NCBI GenBank assembly: GCA_964057225.1 | Contig: OZ059897.1 | Coordinates: forward strand, 21,080,001 to 21,144,000 | Direction: 5' to 3' | Source: Auanema rhodensis | Lineage: Eukaryota; Animalia; Nematoda | DNA: 64,000 nucleotides | Part shown: positions 10,882 through 24,700 of the stretch, piece after piece | Numbering within the stretch: position 1 is the stretch's first letter | Layout of the letters: the number at the start of each line of letters is the position of its first letter | The notes under the pieces: generated by a model | The model's database searches: none | Seen by the model: only the letters and a program-made list of their open reading frames with translations | What the model was told of the DNA's origin: nothing | Program-made: the position numbers and the translations under genes

Positions 10882-12285
10882 AAAAATTAGTTATGATCGT
10901 TTGAAAAATGATGCATTAGTGTATGTTGAGTTTCCATGTACACTCAACATTGCTTCCAAAAACATTTTGACAAAAATTTTTTCGAAAAATTTCAAAATAA
11001 TTTAGCAAAAAGTAGATGTTTTTAGATTTTATTTTTCAAGGCAAAGACGATGGACAATGTTATTCAACGAAAAAATTAATTCTTCAGGGTGAAAATCGAG
11101 GATATAAGTGTGAACTTATATCAGTTGATATCTCGGTGCATTTTTAAGCTAGCGCAAATCTGATAACACAGATCGACGCAGCTTAAAAATCCGCATCGAA
11201 TGCACTATACTACATTGAGAAACGCTTGTTACAAAAATAAGTTATGATCGTTTGAAAAATGATGCATTAGTGTATGTTGAGTTTCCATGTACACTCAACA
11301 TTGCTTCCAAAAACATTTTGACAAAAATTTTTTCGAAAAATTTCAAAATAATTTAGCAAAAAGTAGATGTTTTCAGATTCCATTCTTCAAGGCAAAGACG
11401 ATGGACAATGTTATTCAACGAAAAAATTAATTCTTCAGGGTGAAAATCGAGGATATAAGTGTGAACTTATATCAGTTGATATCTCGGTGCATTTTTAAGC
11501 TAGCGCACATCTGATAACACAGATCGACGCAGCTTAAAAATCCGCATCGAATGCACTGTACTACATTGAAGAACGCTTAATACAAAAATTAGTTATGATC
11601 GTTTGAAAAATGATGCATTAGTGTATGTTGAGTTTCCATGTACACTCAACATTGCTTCCAAAAACATTTTGACAAAAATTTTTTCGAAAAATTTCAAAAT
11701 AATTTAGCAAAAAGTAGATGTTTTTAGATTTTATTTTTCAAGGCAAAGACGATGGACAATGTTATTCAACGAAAAAATTAATTCTTCAGGGTGAAAATCG
11801 AGGATATAAGTGTGAACTTATATCAGTTGATATCTCGGTGCATTTTTAAGCTAGCGCAAATCTGATAACACAGATCGACGCAGCTTAAAAATCCGCATCG
11901 AATGCACTATACTACATTGAGAAACGCTTGTTACAAAAATAAGTTATGATCGTTTGAAAAATGATGCATTAGTGTATGTTGAGTTTCCATGTACACTCAA
12001 CATTGCTTCCAAAAACATTTTGACAAAAATTTTTTCGAAAAATTTCAAAATAATTTAGCAAAAAGTAGATGTTTTCAGATTCCCTTTTTCAAGGCAAAGA
12101 CGATGGACAATGTTATTCAACGAAAAAATTAATTCTTCAGGGTGAAAATCGAGGATATAAGTGTGAACTTATATCAGTTGATATCTCGGTGCATTTTTAA
12201 GCTAGCGCAAATCTGATAACACAGATCGACGCAGCTTAAAAATCCGGATCGAATGCACTATACTACATTGAAGAACGCTTAATAC

Positions 12286-15200
12286 AAAAATAAGTTATGA
12301 TCGTTTGAAAAATGATGCATTAGTGTATGTTGAGTTTCCATGTACACTCAACATTGCTTCCAAAAACATTTTGACAAAAATTTTTTCGAAAAATTTCAAA
12401 CTAATTTAGCAAAAAGTAGATGTTTTCAGATTCCCTTTTTCAAGGCAAAGACGATGGACAATGTTATTCAACGAAAAAATTAATTCTTCAGGGTGAAAAT
12501 CGAGGATACAAGTGTGAACTTATATCAGTTGATATCTCGGTGCATTTTTAAGCTAGCGCAAATCTGATAACACAGATCGACGCAGCTTAAAAATCCGGAT
12601 CGAATGCACTATACTACATTAAGAAACGCTTGATACAAAAATAAGTTATGATCGTTTGAAAAATGATGCATTAGTGTATGTTGAGTTTCCATGTACACTC
12701 AACATTGCTTCCAAAAACATTTTGACAAAAATTTTTTCGAAAAATTTCAAAATAATTTAGCAAAAAGTAGATGTTTTTAGATTCCTTTTTTCAAGGCAAA
12801 GACGATGGACAATGTTATTCAACGAAAAAATTAATTCTTCAGGGTGAAAAGCGAGGATATAAGTGTGAACTTATATCAGTTGATATCTCGGTGCATTTTT
12901 AAGCTAGCGCAAATCTGATAACACAGATCGACGCAGCTTAAAAATCCGCATCGAATGCACTACACTACATTGAAGAACGCTTAATACAAAAATTAGTTAT
13001 GATCGTTTGAAAAATGATGCATTAGTGTATGTTGAGTTTCCATGTACACTCAACATTGCTTCCAAAAACATTTTGACAAAAATTTTTTCGAAAAATTTCA
13101 AAATAATTTAGCAAAAAGTAAATGTTTTTAGATTCCTTTTTTCAAGGCAAAGACGATGGACAATGTTATTCAACGAAAAAATTAATTCTTCAGGGTGAAA
13201 ATCGAGGATATAAGTGTGAACTTATATCAGTTGATATCTCGGTGCATTTTTAAGCTAGCGCAAATCTGATAACACAGATCGACGCAGCTTAAAAATCCGG
13301 ATCGAATGCACTATACTACATTGAAGAACGCTCAATACAAAAATAAGTTATGATCGTTTGAAAAATGATGCATTAGTGTATGTTGAGTTTCCATGTACAC
13401 TCAACATTGCTTCCAAAAACATTTTGACAAAAATTTTTTCGAAAAATTTCAAAATAATTTAGCAAAAAGTAGATGTTTTTAGATTCCATTTTTCAAGGCA
13501 AAGACGATGGACAATGTTATTCAACGAAAAAATTAATTCTTCAGGGTGAAAATCGAGGATATAAGTGTGAACTTATATCAGTTGATATCTCGGTGCATTT
13601 TTAAGCTAGCGCAAATCTGATAACACAGATCGACGCAGCTTAAAAATCCGCATCGAATGCACTATACTACATTGAGAAACGCTTGTTACAAAAATAAGTT
13701 ATGATCGTTTGAAAAATGATGCATTAGTGTATGTTGAGTTTCCATGTACACTCAACATTGCTTCCAAAAACATTTTGACAAAAATTTTTTCGAAAAATTT
13801 CAAACTAATTTAGCAAAAAGTAGATGTTTTTAGATTCCTTTTTTCAAGGCAAAGACGATGGACAATGTTATTCAACGAAAAAATTAATTCTTCAGGGTGA
13901 AAATCGAGGATATAAGTGTGAACTTATATCAGTTGATATCTCGGTGCATTTTTAAGCTAGCGCAAATCTGATAACACAGATCGACGCAGCTTAAAAATCC
14001 GGATCGAATGCACTATACTACATTAAGAAACGCTTAATACAAAAATAAGTTATGATCGTTTGAAAAATGATGCATTAGTGTATGTTGAGTTTCCATGTAC
14101 ACTCAACATTGCTTCCAAAAACATTTTGACAAAAATTTTTTCGAAAAATTTCAAACTAATTTAGCAAAAAGTAGATGTTTTCAGATTCCCTTTTTCAAGG
14201 CAAAGACGATGGACAATGTTATTCAACGAAAAAATTAATTCTTCAGGGTGAAAATCGAGGATATAAGTGTGAACTTATATCAGTTGATATCTCGGTGCAT
14301 TTTTAAGCTAGCGCAAATCTGATAACACAGATCGACGCAGCTTAAAAATCCGGATCGAATGCACTATACTACATTAAGAAACGCTTGATACAAAAATTAG
14401 TTATGATCGTTTGAAAAATGATGCATTAGTGTATGTTGAGTTTCCATGTACACTCAACATTGCTTCCAAAAACATTTTGACAAAAATTTTTTCGAAAAAT
14501 TTCAAAATAATTTAGCAAAAAGTAGATGTTTTTAGATTCCTTTTTTCAAGGCAAAGACGATGGACAATGTTATTCAACGAAAAAATTAATTCTTCAGGGT
14601 GAAAATCGAGGATATAAGTGTGAACTTATATCAGTTGATATCTCGGTGCATTTTTAAGCTAGCGCAAATCTGATAACACAGATCGACGCAGCTTAAAAAT
14701 CCGCATCGAATGCACTACACTACATTGAAGAACGCTTAATACAAAAATTAGTTATGATCGTTTGAAAAATGATGCATTAGTGTATGTTGAGTTTCCATGT
14801 ACACTCAACATTGCTTCCAAAAACATTTTGACAAAAATTTTTTCGAAAAATTTCAAAATAATTTAGCAAAAAGTAAATGTTTTTAGATTCCTTTTTTCAA
14901 GGCAAAGACGATGGACAATGTTATTCAACGAAAAAATTAATTCTTCAGGGTGAAAATCGAGGATATAAGTGTGAACTTATATCAGTTGATATCTCGGTGC
15001 ATTTTTAAGCTAGCGCAAATCTGATAACACAGATCGACGCAGCTTAAAAATCCGGATCGAATGCACTATACTACATTGAAGAACGCTTAATACAAAAATA
15101 AGTTATGATCGTTTGAAAAATGATGCATTAGTGTATGTTGAGTTTCCATGTACACTCAACATTGCTTCCAAAAACATTTTGACAAAAATTTTTTCGAAAA

Positions 15201-15795
15201 ATTTCAAAATAATTTAGCAAAAAGTAGATGTTTTTAGATTCCATTTTTCAAGGCAAAGACGATGGACAATATTATTCAACGAAAAAATTAATTCTTCAGG
15301 GTGAAAATCGAGGATATAAGTGTGAACTTATATCAGTTGATATCTCGGTGCATTTTTAAGCTAGCGCAAATCTGATAACACAGATCGACGCAGCTTAAAA
15401 ATCCGCATCGAATGCACTATACCACATTGAGAAACGCTTGTTACAAAAATAAGTTATGATCGTTTGAAAAATGATGCATTAGTGTATGTTGAGTTTCCAT
15501 GTACACTCAACATTGCTTCCAAAAACATTTTGACAAAAATTTTTTCGAAAAATTTCAAACTAATTTAGCAAAAAGTAGATGTTTTTAGATTCCCTTTTTC
15601 AAGGCAAAGACGATGGACAATGTTATTCAACGAAAAAATTAATTCTTCAGGGTGAAAATCGAGGATATAAGGGTGAACTTATATCAGTTGATATCTCGGT
15701 GCATTTTTAAGCTAGCGCAAATCTGATAACACAGATCGACGCAGCTTAAAAATCCGGATCGAATGCACTATACTACATTGAAGAACGCTTAATAC
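12286..15795. repeat. Diverged 5-monomer tandem duplication: 12286-14040 and 14041-15795
   Basis: The rare variants CACTACAC (about 12963 and 14718) and AAGTAAATG (about 13121 and 14876) recur 1755 bp apart. Each copy also has its own private changes. Confidence 0.8.
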
Positions 15796-18700
15796 AAAAA
15801 TAAGTTATGATCGTTTGAAAAATGATGCATTAGTGTATGTTGAGTTTCCATGTACACTCAACATTGCTTCCAAAAACATTTTGACAAAAATTTTTTCGAA
15901 AAATTTCAAAATAATTTAGCAAAAAGTAGATGTTTTTAGATTCCATTTTTCAAGGCAAAGACGATGGACAATGTTATTCAACGAAAAAATTAATTCTTCA
16001 GGGTGAAAATCGAGGATATAAGTGTGAACTTATATCAGTTGATATCTCGGTGCATTTTTAAGCTAGCGCAAATCTGATAACACAGATCGACGCAGCTTAA
16101 AAATCCGGATCGAATGCACTATACTACATTAAGAAACGCTTGATACAAAAATTAGTTATGATCGTTTGAAAAATGATGCATTAGTGTATGTTGAGTTTCC
16201 ATGTACACTCAACATTGCTTCCAAAAACATTTTGACAAAAATTTTTTCGAAAAATTTCAAAATAATTTAGCAAAAAGTAGATGTTTTTAGATTCCTTTTT
16301 TCAAGGCAAAGACGATGGACAATGTTATTCAACGAAAAAATTAATTCTTCAGGGTGAAAATCGAGGATATAAGTGTGAACTTATATCAGTTGATATCTCG
16401 GTGCATTTTTAAGCTAGCGCAAATCTGATAACACAGATCGACGCAGCTTAAAAATCCGCATCGAATGCACTATACTACATTGAAGAACGCTTAATACAAA
16501 AATTAGTTATGATCGTTTGAAAAATGATGCATTAGTGTATGTTGAGTTTCCATGTACACTCAACATTGCTTCCAAAAACATTTTGACAAAAATTTTTTCG
16601 AAAAATTTCAAAATAATTTAGCAAAAAGTAGATGTTTTTAGATCCCATTTTTCAAGGCAAAGACGATGGACAATGTTATTCAACGAAAAAATTAATTCTT
16701 CAGGGTGAAAATCGAGGATATAAGTGTGAACTTATATCAGTTGATATCTCGGTGCATTTTTAAGCTAGCGCAAATCTGATAACACAGATCGACGCAGCTT
16801 AAAAATCCGCATCGAATGCACTATACTACATTGAGAAACGCTTGTTACAAAAATAAGTTATGATCGTTTGAAAAATGATGCATTAGTGTATGTTGAGTTT
16901 CCATGTACACTCAACATTGCTTCCAAAAACATTTTGACAAAAATTTTTTCGAAAAATTTCAAAATAATTTAGCAAAAAGTAGATGTTTTTAGATTCCCTT
17001 TTTCAAGGCAAAGACGATGGACAATGTTATTCAACGAAAAAATTAATTCTTCAGGGTGAAAATCGAGGATATAAGTGTGAACTTATATCAGTTGATATCT
17101 CGGTGCATTTTTAAGCTAGCGCAAATCTGATAACACAGATCGACGCAGCTTAAAAATCCGCATCGAATGCACTATACTACATTGAGAAACTCTTGTTACA
17201 AAAATAAGTTATGATCGTTTGAAAAATGATGCATCAGTGTATGTTGAGTTTCCATGTACACTCAACATTGCTTCCAAAAACATTTTGACAAAAATTTTTT
17301 CGAAAAATTTCAAAATAATTTAGCAAAAAGTAGATGTTTTTAGATTCCTTTTTTCAAGGCAAAGACGATGGACAATGTTATTCAACGAAAAAATTAATTC
17401 TTCAGGGTGAAAATCGAGGATATAAGTGTGAACTTATATCAGTTGATATCTCGGTGCATTTTTAAGCTAGCGCAAATCTGATAACACAGATCGACGCAGC
17501 TTAAAAATCCGGATCGAATGCACTATACTACATTAAGAAACGCTTGATACAAAAATTAGTTATGATCGTTTGAAAAATGATGCATTAGTGTATGTTGAGT
17601 TTCCATGTACACTCAACATTGCTTCCAAAAACATTTTGACAAAAATTTTTTCGAAAAATTTCAAAATAATTTAGCAAAAAGTAGATGTTTTTAGATTCCT
17701 TTTTTCAAGGCAAAGACGATGGACAATGTTATTCAACGAAAAAATTAATTCTTCAGGGTGAAAATCGAGGATATAAGAGTGAACTTATATCAGTTGATAT
17801 CTCGGTGCATTTTTAAGCTAGCGCAAATCTGATAACACAGATCGACGCAGCTTAAAAATCCGGATCGATTGCACTATACTACATTAAGAAACGCTTGATA
17901 CAAAAATTAGTTATGATCGTTTGAAAAATGATGCATTAGTGTATGTTGAGTTTCCATGTACACTCAACATTGCTTCCAAAAACATTTTGACAAAAATTTT
18001 TTCGAAAAATTTCAAAATAATTTAGCAAAAAGTAGATGTTTTTAGATTCCTTTTTTCAAGGCAAAGACGATGGACAATGTTATTCAACGAAAAAATTAAT
18101 TCTTCAGGGTGAAAATCGAGGATATAAGTGTGAACTTATATCAGTTGATATCTCGGTGCATTTTTAAGCTAGCGCAAATCTGATAACACAGATCGACGCA
18201 GCTTAAAAATCCGCATCGAATGCACTATACTACATTGAAGAACGCTTAATACAAAAATTAGTTATGATCGTTTGAAAAATGATGCATTAGTGTATGTTGA
18301 GTTTCCATGTACACTCAACATTGCTTCCAAAAACATTTTGACAAAAATTTTTTCGAAAAATTTCAAAATAATTTAGCAAAAAGTAGATGTTTTTAGATTC
18401 CTTTTTTCAAGGCAAAGACGATGGACAATGTTATTCAACGAAAAAATTAATTCTTCAGGGTGAAAATCGAGGATATAAGTGTGAACTTATATCAGTTGAT
18501 ATCTCGGTGCATTTTTAAGCTAGCGCAAATCTGATAACACAGATCGACGCAGCTTAAAAATCCGGATCGAATGCACTATACTACATTGAAGAACGCTTAA
18601 TACAAAAATTAGTTATGATCGTTTGAAAAATGATGCATTAGTGTATGTTGAGTTTCCATGTACACTCAACATTGCTTCCAAAAACATTTTGACAAAAATT

Positions 18701-21700
18701 TTTTCGAAAAATTTCAAAATAATTTAGCAAAAAGTAGATGTTTTTAGATTCCATTTTTCAAGGCAAAGACGATGAACAATGTTATTCAACGAAAAAATTA
18801 ATTCTTCAGGGTGAAAATCGAGGATATAAGTGTGAACTTATATCAGTTGATATCTCGGTGCATTTTTAAGCTAGCGCAAATCTGATAACACAGATCGACG
18901 CAGCTTAAAAATCCGGATCGAATGCACTATACTACATTAAGAAACGCTTGATACAAAAATTAGTTATGATCGTTTGAAAAATGATGCATTAGTGTATGTT
19001 GAGTTTCCATGTACACTCAACATTGCTTCCAAAAACATTTTGACAAAATTTTTTTCGAAAAATTTCAAAATAATTTAGCAAAAAGTAGATGTTTTTAGAT
19101 TCCTTTTTTCAAGGCAAAGACGATAGACAATGTTATTCAACGAAAAAATTAATTCTTCAGGGTGAAAATCGAGGATATAAGTGTGAACTTATATCAGTTG
19201 ATATCTCGGTGCATTTTTAAGCTAGCGCAAATCTGATAACACAGATCGAAGCAGCTTAAAAATTCGCATCGAATGCACTATACTACATTAAAAAACGCTT
19301 AATACAAAAATTAGTTATGATCGTTTGAAAAATGATGCATTAGTGTATGTTGAGTTTCCATGTACACTCAACATTGCTTCCAAAAACATTTTGACAAAAA
19401 TTTTTTCGAAAAATTTCAAAATAATTTAGCAAAAAGTAGATGTTTTTAGATTCCTTTTTTCAAAGCAAAGACGATGGACAATGTTATTCAACGAAAAAAT
19501 TAATTCTTCAGGGTGAAAATCGAGGATATAAGTGTGAACTTATATCAGTTGATATCTCGGTGCATTTTTAAGCTAGCGCAAATCTGATAACACAGATCGA
19601 CGCAGCTTAAAAATCCGCATCGAATGCACTATAATACATTAAAAAACGCTTAATACAAAAATTAGTTATGATCGTTTGAAAAATGATGCATTAGTGTATG
19701 TTGAGTTTCCATGTACACTCAACATTGCTTCCAAAAACATTTTGACAAAAATTTTTTCGAGAAATTTCAAAATAATTTAGCAAAAAGTAGATGTTTTTAG
19801 ATTCCTTTTTTCAAAGCAAAGACGATGGACAATGTTATTCAACGAAAAAATTAATTCTTCAGGGTGAAAATCGAGGATATAAGTGTGAACTTATATCAGT
19901 TGATATCTCGGTGCATTTTTAAGCTAGCGCAAATCTGATAACACAGATCGACGCAGCTTAAAATTCCGCATCGAATGCACTATACTACATTGAGAAACGC
20001 TTAATACAAAAATTAGTTATGATCGTTTGAAAAATGATGCATTAGTGTATGTTGAGTTTCCATGTACACTCAACATTGCTTCCAAAAACATTTTGACAAA
20101 AATTTTTTCGAAAAATTTCAAGATAATTTAGCAAAAAGTAGATGTTTTTAGATTCCTTTTTTCAAGGCAAAGACGATGGACAATGTTATTTAACGAAAAA
20201 ATTAATTCTTCAGGGTGAAAATCGAGGATATAAGTGTAAACTTATATCAGTTGATATCTCGGTGCATTTTTAAGCTAGCGCAAATCTGATAACACAGATC
20301 GACGCAGCTTAAAAATCCGCATCGAATGCACTATACTACATTGAGAAACGCTTAATACAAAAATTAGTTATGATCGTTTGAAAAATGATGCATTAGTGTA
20401 TGTTGAGTTTCCATGTACACTCAACATTGCTTCCAAAAACATTTTGACAAAAATTTTTTCGAAAAATTTCAAAATAATTTAGCAAAAAGTAGATGTTTTT
20501 AGATTCCTTTTTTCAAAGCAAAGACGATGGACAATGTTATTCAACGAAAAAATTAATTCTTCAGGGTGAAAATCGAGGATATAAGTGTGAACTTATATCA
20601 GTTGATATCTCGGTGCATTTTTAAGCTAGCGTAAATCTGATAACACAAATCGACGCAGCTTAAAAATCCGCATCGAATGCACTATACTACATTGAGAAAA
20701 GCTTAATACAAAAATTAGTTATGATCGTTTGAAAAATGATGCATTAGTGTATGTTGAGTTTCCATGTACACTCAACATTGCTTCCAAAAACATTTTGACA
20801 AAAATTGTTTCGAAAAATTTCAAAATAATTTAGCAAAAAGTAGATGTTTTTAGATTCCTTTTTTCAAGGCAAAGACGATGGACAATGTTATTTAACGAAA
20901 AAATTAATTCTTCAGGGTGAAAATCGAGGATATAAGTGTGAACTTATATCAGTTGATATCTCGGTGCATTTTTAAGCTAGCGCAAATCTGATAACACAGA
21001 TCGACGCAGCTTAAAAATCCGCATCGAATGCACTATACTACATTAAAAAACGCTTAATACAAAAATTAGTTATGATCGTTTGAAAAATGATGCATTAGTG
21101 TATGTTGAGTTTCCATGTACACTCAACATTGCTTCCAAAAACATTTTGACAAAAATTTTTTCGAAAAATTTCAAAATAATTTAGCAAAAAGTAGATGTTT
21201 TTAGATTCCTTTTTTCAAGGCAAAGACGATGGACAATGTTATTTAACGAAAAAATTAATTCTTCAGGGTGAAAATCGAGGATATAAGTGTGAACTTATAT
21301 CAGTTGATATCTCGGTGCATTTTTAAGCTAGCGTAAATCTGATAACACAAATCGACGCAGCTTAAAAATCCGCATCGAATGCACTATACTACATTGAGAA
21401 AAGCTTAATACAAAAATTAGTTATGATCGTTTGAAAAATGATGCATTAGTGTATGTTGAGTTTCCATGTACACTCAACATTGCTTCCAAAAACATTTTGA
21501 CAAAAATTGTTTCGAAAAATTTCAAAATAATTTAGCAAAAAGTAGATGTTTTTAGATTCCTTTTTTCAAGGCAAAGACGATGGACAATGTTATTTAACGA
21601 AAAAATTAATTCTTCAGGGTGAAAATCGAGGATATAAGTGTGAACTTATATCAGTTGATATCTCGGTGCATTTTTAAGCTAGCGCAAATCTGATAACACA

Positions 21701-24700
21701 GATCGACGCAGCTTAAAAATCCGCATCGAATGCACTATACTACATTAAAAAACGCTTAATACAAAAATTAGTTATGATCGTTTGAAAAATGATGCATTAG
21801 TGTATGTTGAGTTTCCATGTACACTCAACATTGCTTCCAAAAACATTTTGACAAAAATTTTTTCGAAAAATTTCAAAATAATTTAGCAAAAAGTAGATGT
21901 TTTTAGATTCCTTTTTTCAAAGCAAAGACGATGGACAATGTTATTCAACGAAAAAATTAATTCTTCAGGGTGAAAATCGAGGATATAAGTGTGAACTTAT
22001 ATCAGTTGATATCTCGGTGCATTTTTAAGCTAGCGCAAATCTGATAACACAGATCGACGCAGCTTAAAAATCCGCATCGAATGCACTATACTACATTAAA
22101 AAACGCTTAATACAAAAATTAGTTATGATCGTTTGAAAAATGATGCATTAGTGTATGTTGAGTTTTCATGTACACTCAACATTGCTTCCAAAAACATTTT
22201 GACAAAAATTTTTTCGAAAAATTTCAAAATAATTTAGCAAAAAGTAGATGTTTTTAGATTCCTTTTTTCAAGGCAAAGACGATGGACAATGTTATTTAAC
22301 GAAAAAATTAATTCTTCAGGGTGAAAATCGAGGATATAAGTGTGAACTTATATCAGTTGATATCTCGGTGCATTTTTAAGCTAGCGTAAATCTGATAACA
22401 CAAATCGACGCAGCTTAAAAATCCGCATCGAATGCACTATACTACATTGAGAAAAGCTTAATACAAAAATTAGTTATGATCGTTTGAAAAATGATGCATT
22501 AGTGTATGTTGAGTTTCCATGTACACTCAACATTGCTTCCAAAAACATTTTGACAAAAATTGTTTCGAAAAATTTCAAAATAATTTAGCAAAAAGTAGAT
22601 GTTTTTAGATTCCTTTTTTCAAGGCAAAGACGATGGACAATGTTATTTAACGAAAAAATTAATTCTTCAGGGTGAAAATCGAGGATATAAGTGTGAACTT
22701 ATATCAGTTGATATCTCGGTGCATTTTTAAGCTAGCGCAAATCTGATAACACAGATCGACGCAGCTTAAAAATCCGCATCGAATGCACTATACTACATTA
22801 AAAAACGCTTAATACAAAAATTAGTTATGATCGTTTGAAAAATGATGCATTAGTGTACGTTGAGTTTCCATGTACACTCAATATTGCTTCCAAAAACATT
22901 TTGACAAAAATTTTTTCGAAAAATTTCAAAATAATTTAGCAAAAAGTAGATGTTTTTAGATTCCTTTTTTCAAAGCAAAGACGATGGACAATGTTATTCA
23001 ACGAAAAAATTAATTCTTCAGGGTGAAAATCGAGGATATAAGTGTGAACTTATATCAGTTGATATCTCGGTGCATTTTTAAGCTAGCGTAAATCTGATAA
23101 CACAAATCGACGCAGCTTAAAAATCCGCATCGAATGCACTATACTACATTGAGAAAAGCTTAATACAAAAATTAGTTATGATCGTTTGAAAAATGATGCA
23201 TTAGTGTATGTTGAGTTTCCATGTACACTCAACATTGCTTCCAAAAACATTTTGACAAAAATTGTTTCGAAAAATTTCAAAATAATTTAGCAAAAAGTAG
23301 ATGTTTTTAGATTCCTTTTTTCAAGGCAAAGACGATGGACAATGTTATTTAACGAAAAAATTAATTCTTCAGGGTGAAAATCGAGGATATAAGTGTAAAC
23401 TTATATCAGTTGATATCTCGGTGCATTTTTAAGCTAGCGCAAATCTGATAACACAGATCGACGCAGCTTAAAAATCCGCATCGAATGCACTATACTACAT
23501 TGAGAAACGCTTAATACAAAAATTAGTTATGATCGTTTGAAAAATGATGCATTAGTGTATGTTGAGTTTCCATGTACACTCAACATTGCTTCCAAAAACA
23601 TTTTGACAAAAATTTTTTCGAAAAATTTCAAAATAATTTAGCAAAAAGTAGATGTTTTTAGATTCCTTTTTTCAAAGCAAAGACGATGGACAATGTTATT
23701 CAACGAAAAAATTAATTCTTCAGGGTGAAAATCGAGGATATAAGTGTGAACTTATATCAGTTGATATCTCGGTGCATTTTTAAGCTAGCGCAAATCTGAT
23801 AACACAGATCGACGCAGCTTAAAAATCCGCATCGAATGCACTATACTACATTAAAAAACGCTTAATACAAAAATTAGTTATGATCGTTTGAAAAATGATG
23901 CATTAGTGTATGTTGAGTTTTCATGTACACTCAACATTGCTTCCAAAAACATTTTGACAAAAATTTTTTCGAAAAATTTCAAAATAATTTAGCAAAAAGT
24001 AGATGTTTTTAGATTCCTTTTTTCAAAGCAAAGACGATGGACAATGTTATTCAACGAAAAAATCATATCTTCAGGGTGAAAATCGAGGATATAAGTGTGA
24101 ACTTATATCAGTTGATATCTCGGTGCATTTTTAAGCTAGCGCAAATCTGATAACACAGATCGACGCAGCTTAAAAATCCGCATCGAATGCACTATACTAC
24201 ATTGAGAAACGCTTAATACAAAAATTAGTTATGATCGTTTGAAAAATGATGCATTAGTGTATGTTGAGTTTCCATGTACACTCAACATTGCTTCCAAAAA
24301 CATTTTGACAAAAATTTTTTTCGAAAAATTTCAAGATAATTTAGCAAAAAGTAGATGTTTTTAGATTCCTTTTTTCAAGGCAAAGACGATGGACAATGTT
24401 ATTTAACGAAAAAATTAATTCTTCAGGGTGAAAATCGAGGATATAAGTGTAAACTTATATCAGTTGATATCTCGGTGCATTTTTAAGCTAGCGCAAATCT
24501 GATAACACAGATCGACGCAGCTTAAAAATCCGCATCGAATGCACTATACTACATTGAGAAACGCTTAATACAAAAATTAGTTATGATCGTTTGAAAAATG
24601 ATGCATTAGTGTATGTTGAGTTTCCATGTACACTCAACATTGCTTCCAAAAACATTTTGACAAAAATTTTTTCGAAAAATTTCAAAATAATTTAGCAAAA

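Larger units (their letters stand above)
1405..18954. repeat. Subfamily domain A of the satellite
   Basis: Frequent alleles CCGGATC (monomer position 313), GAAGAACG, CTTGTTAC, AAAAATAAG, TTCCA/TTCCC, CAAACT and GCATCAG. These are essentially absent after about 19 kb except in small islands. The left boundary is fuzzy. Confidence 0.8.

Noticed and set aside
22858-22882. Double substitution in both arms of hairpin 1 as a compensatory change
   Set aside because: T43C and C67T affect adjacent pairs rather than partners, giving a C-A mismatch and a G-T wobble; seen in one copy only.
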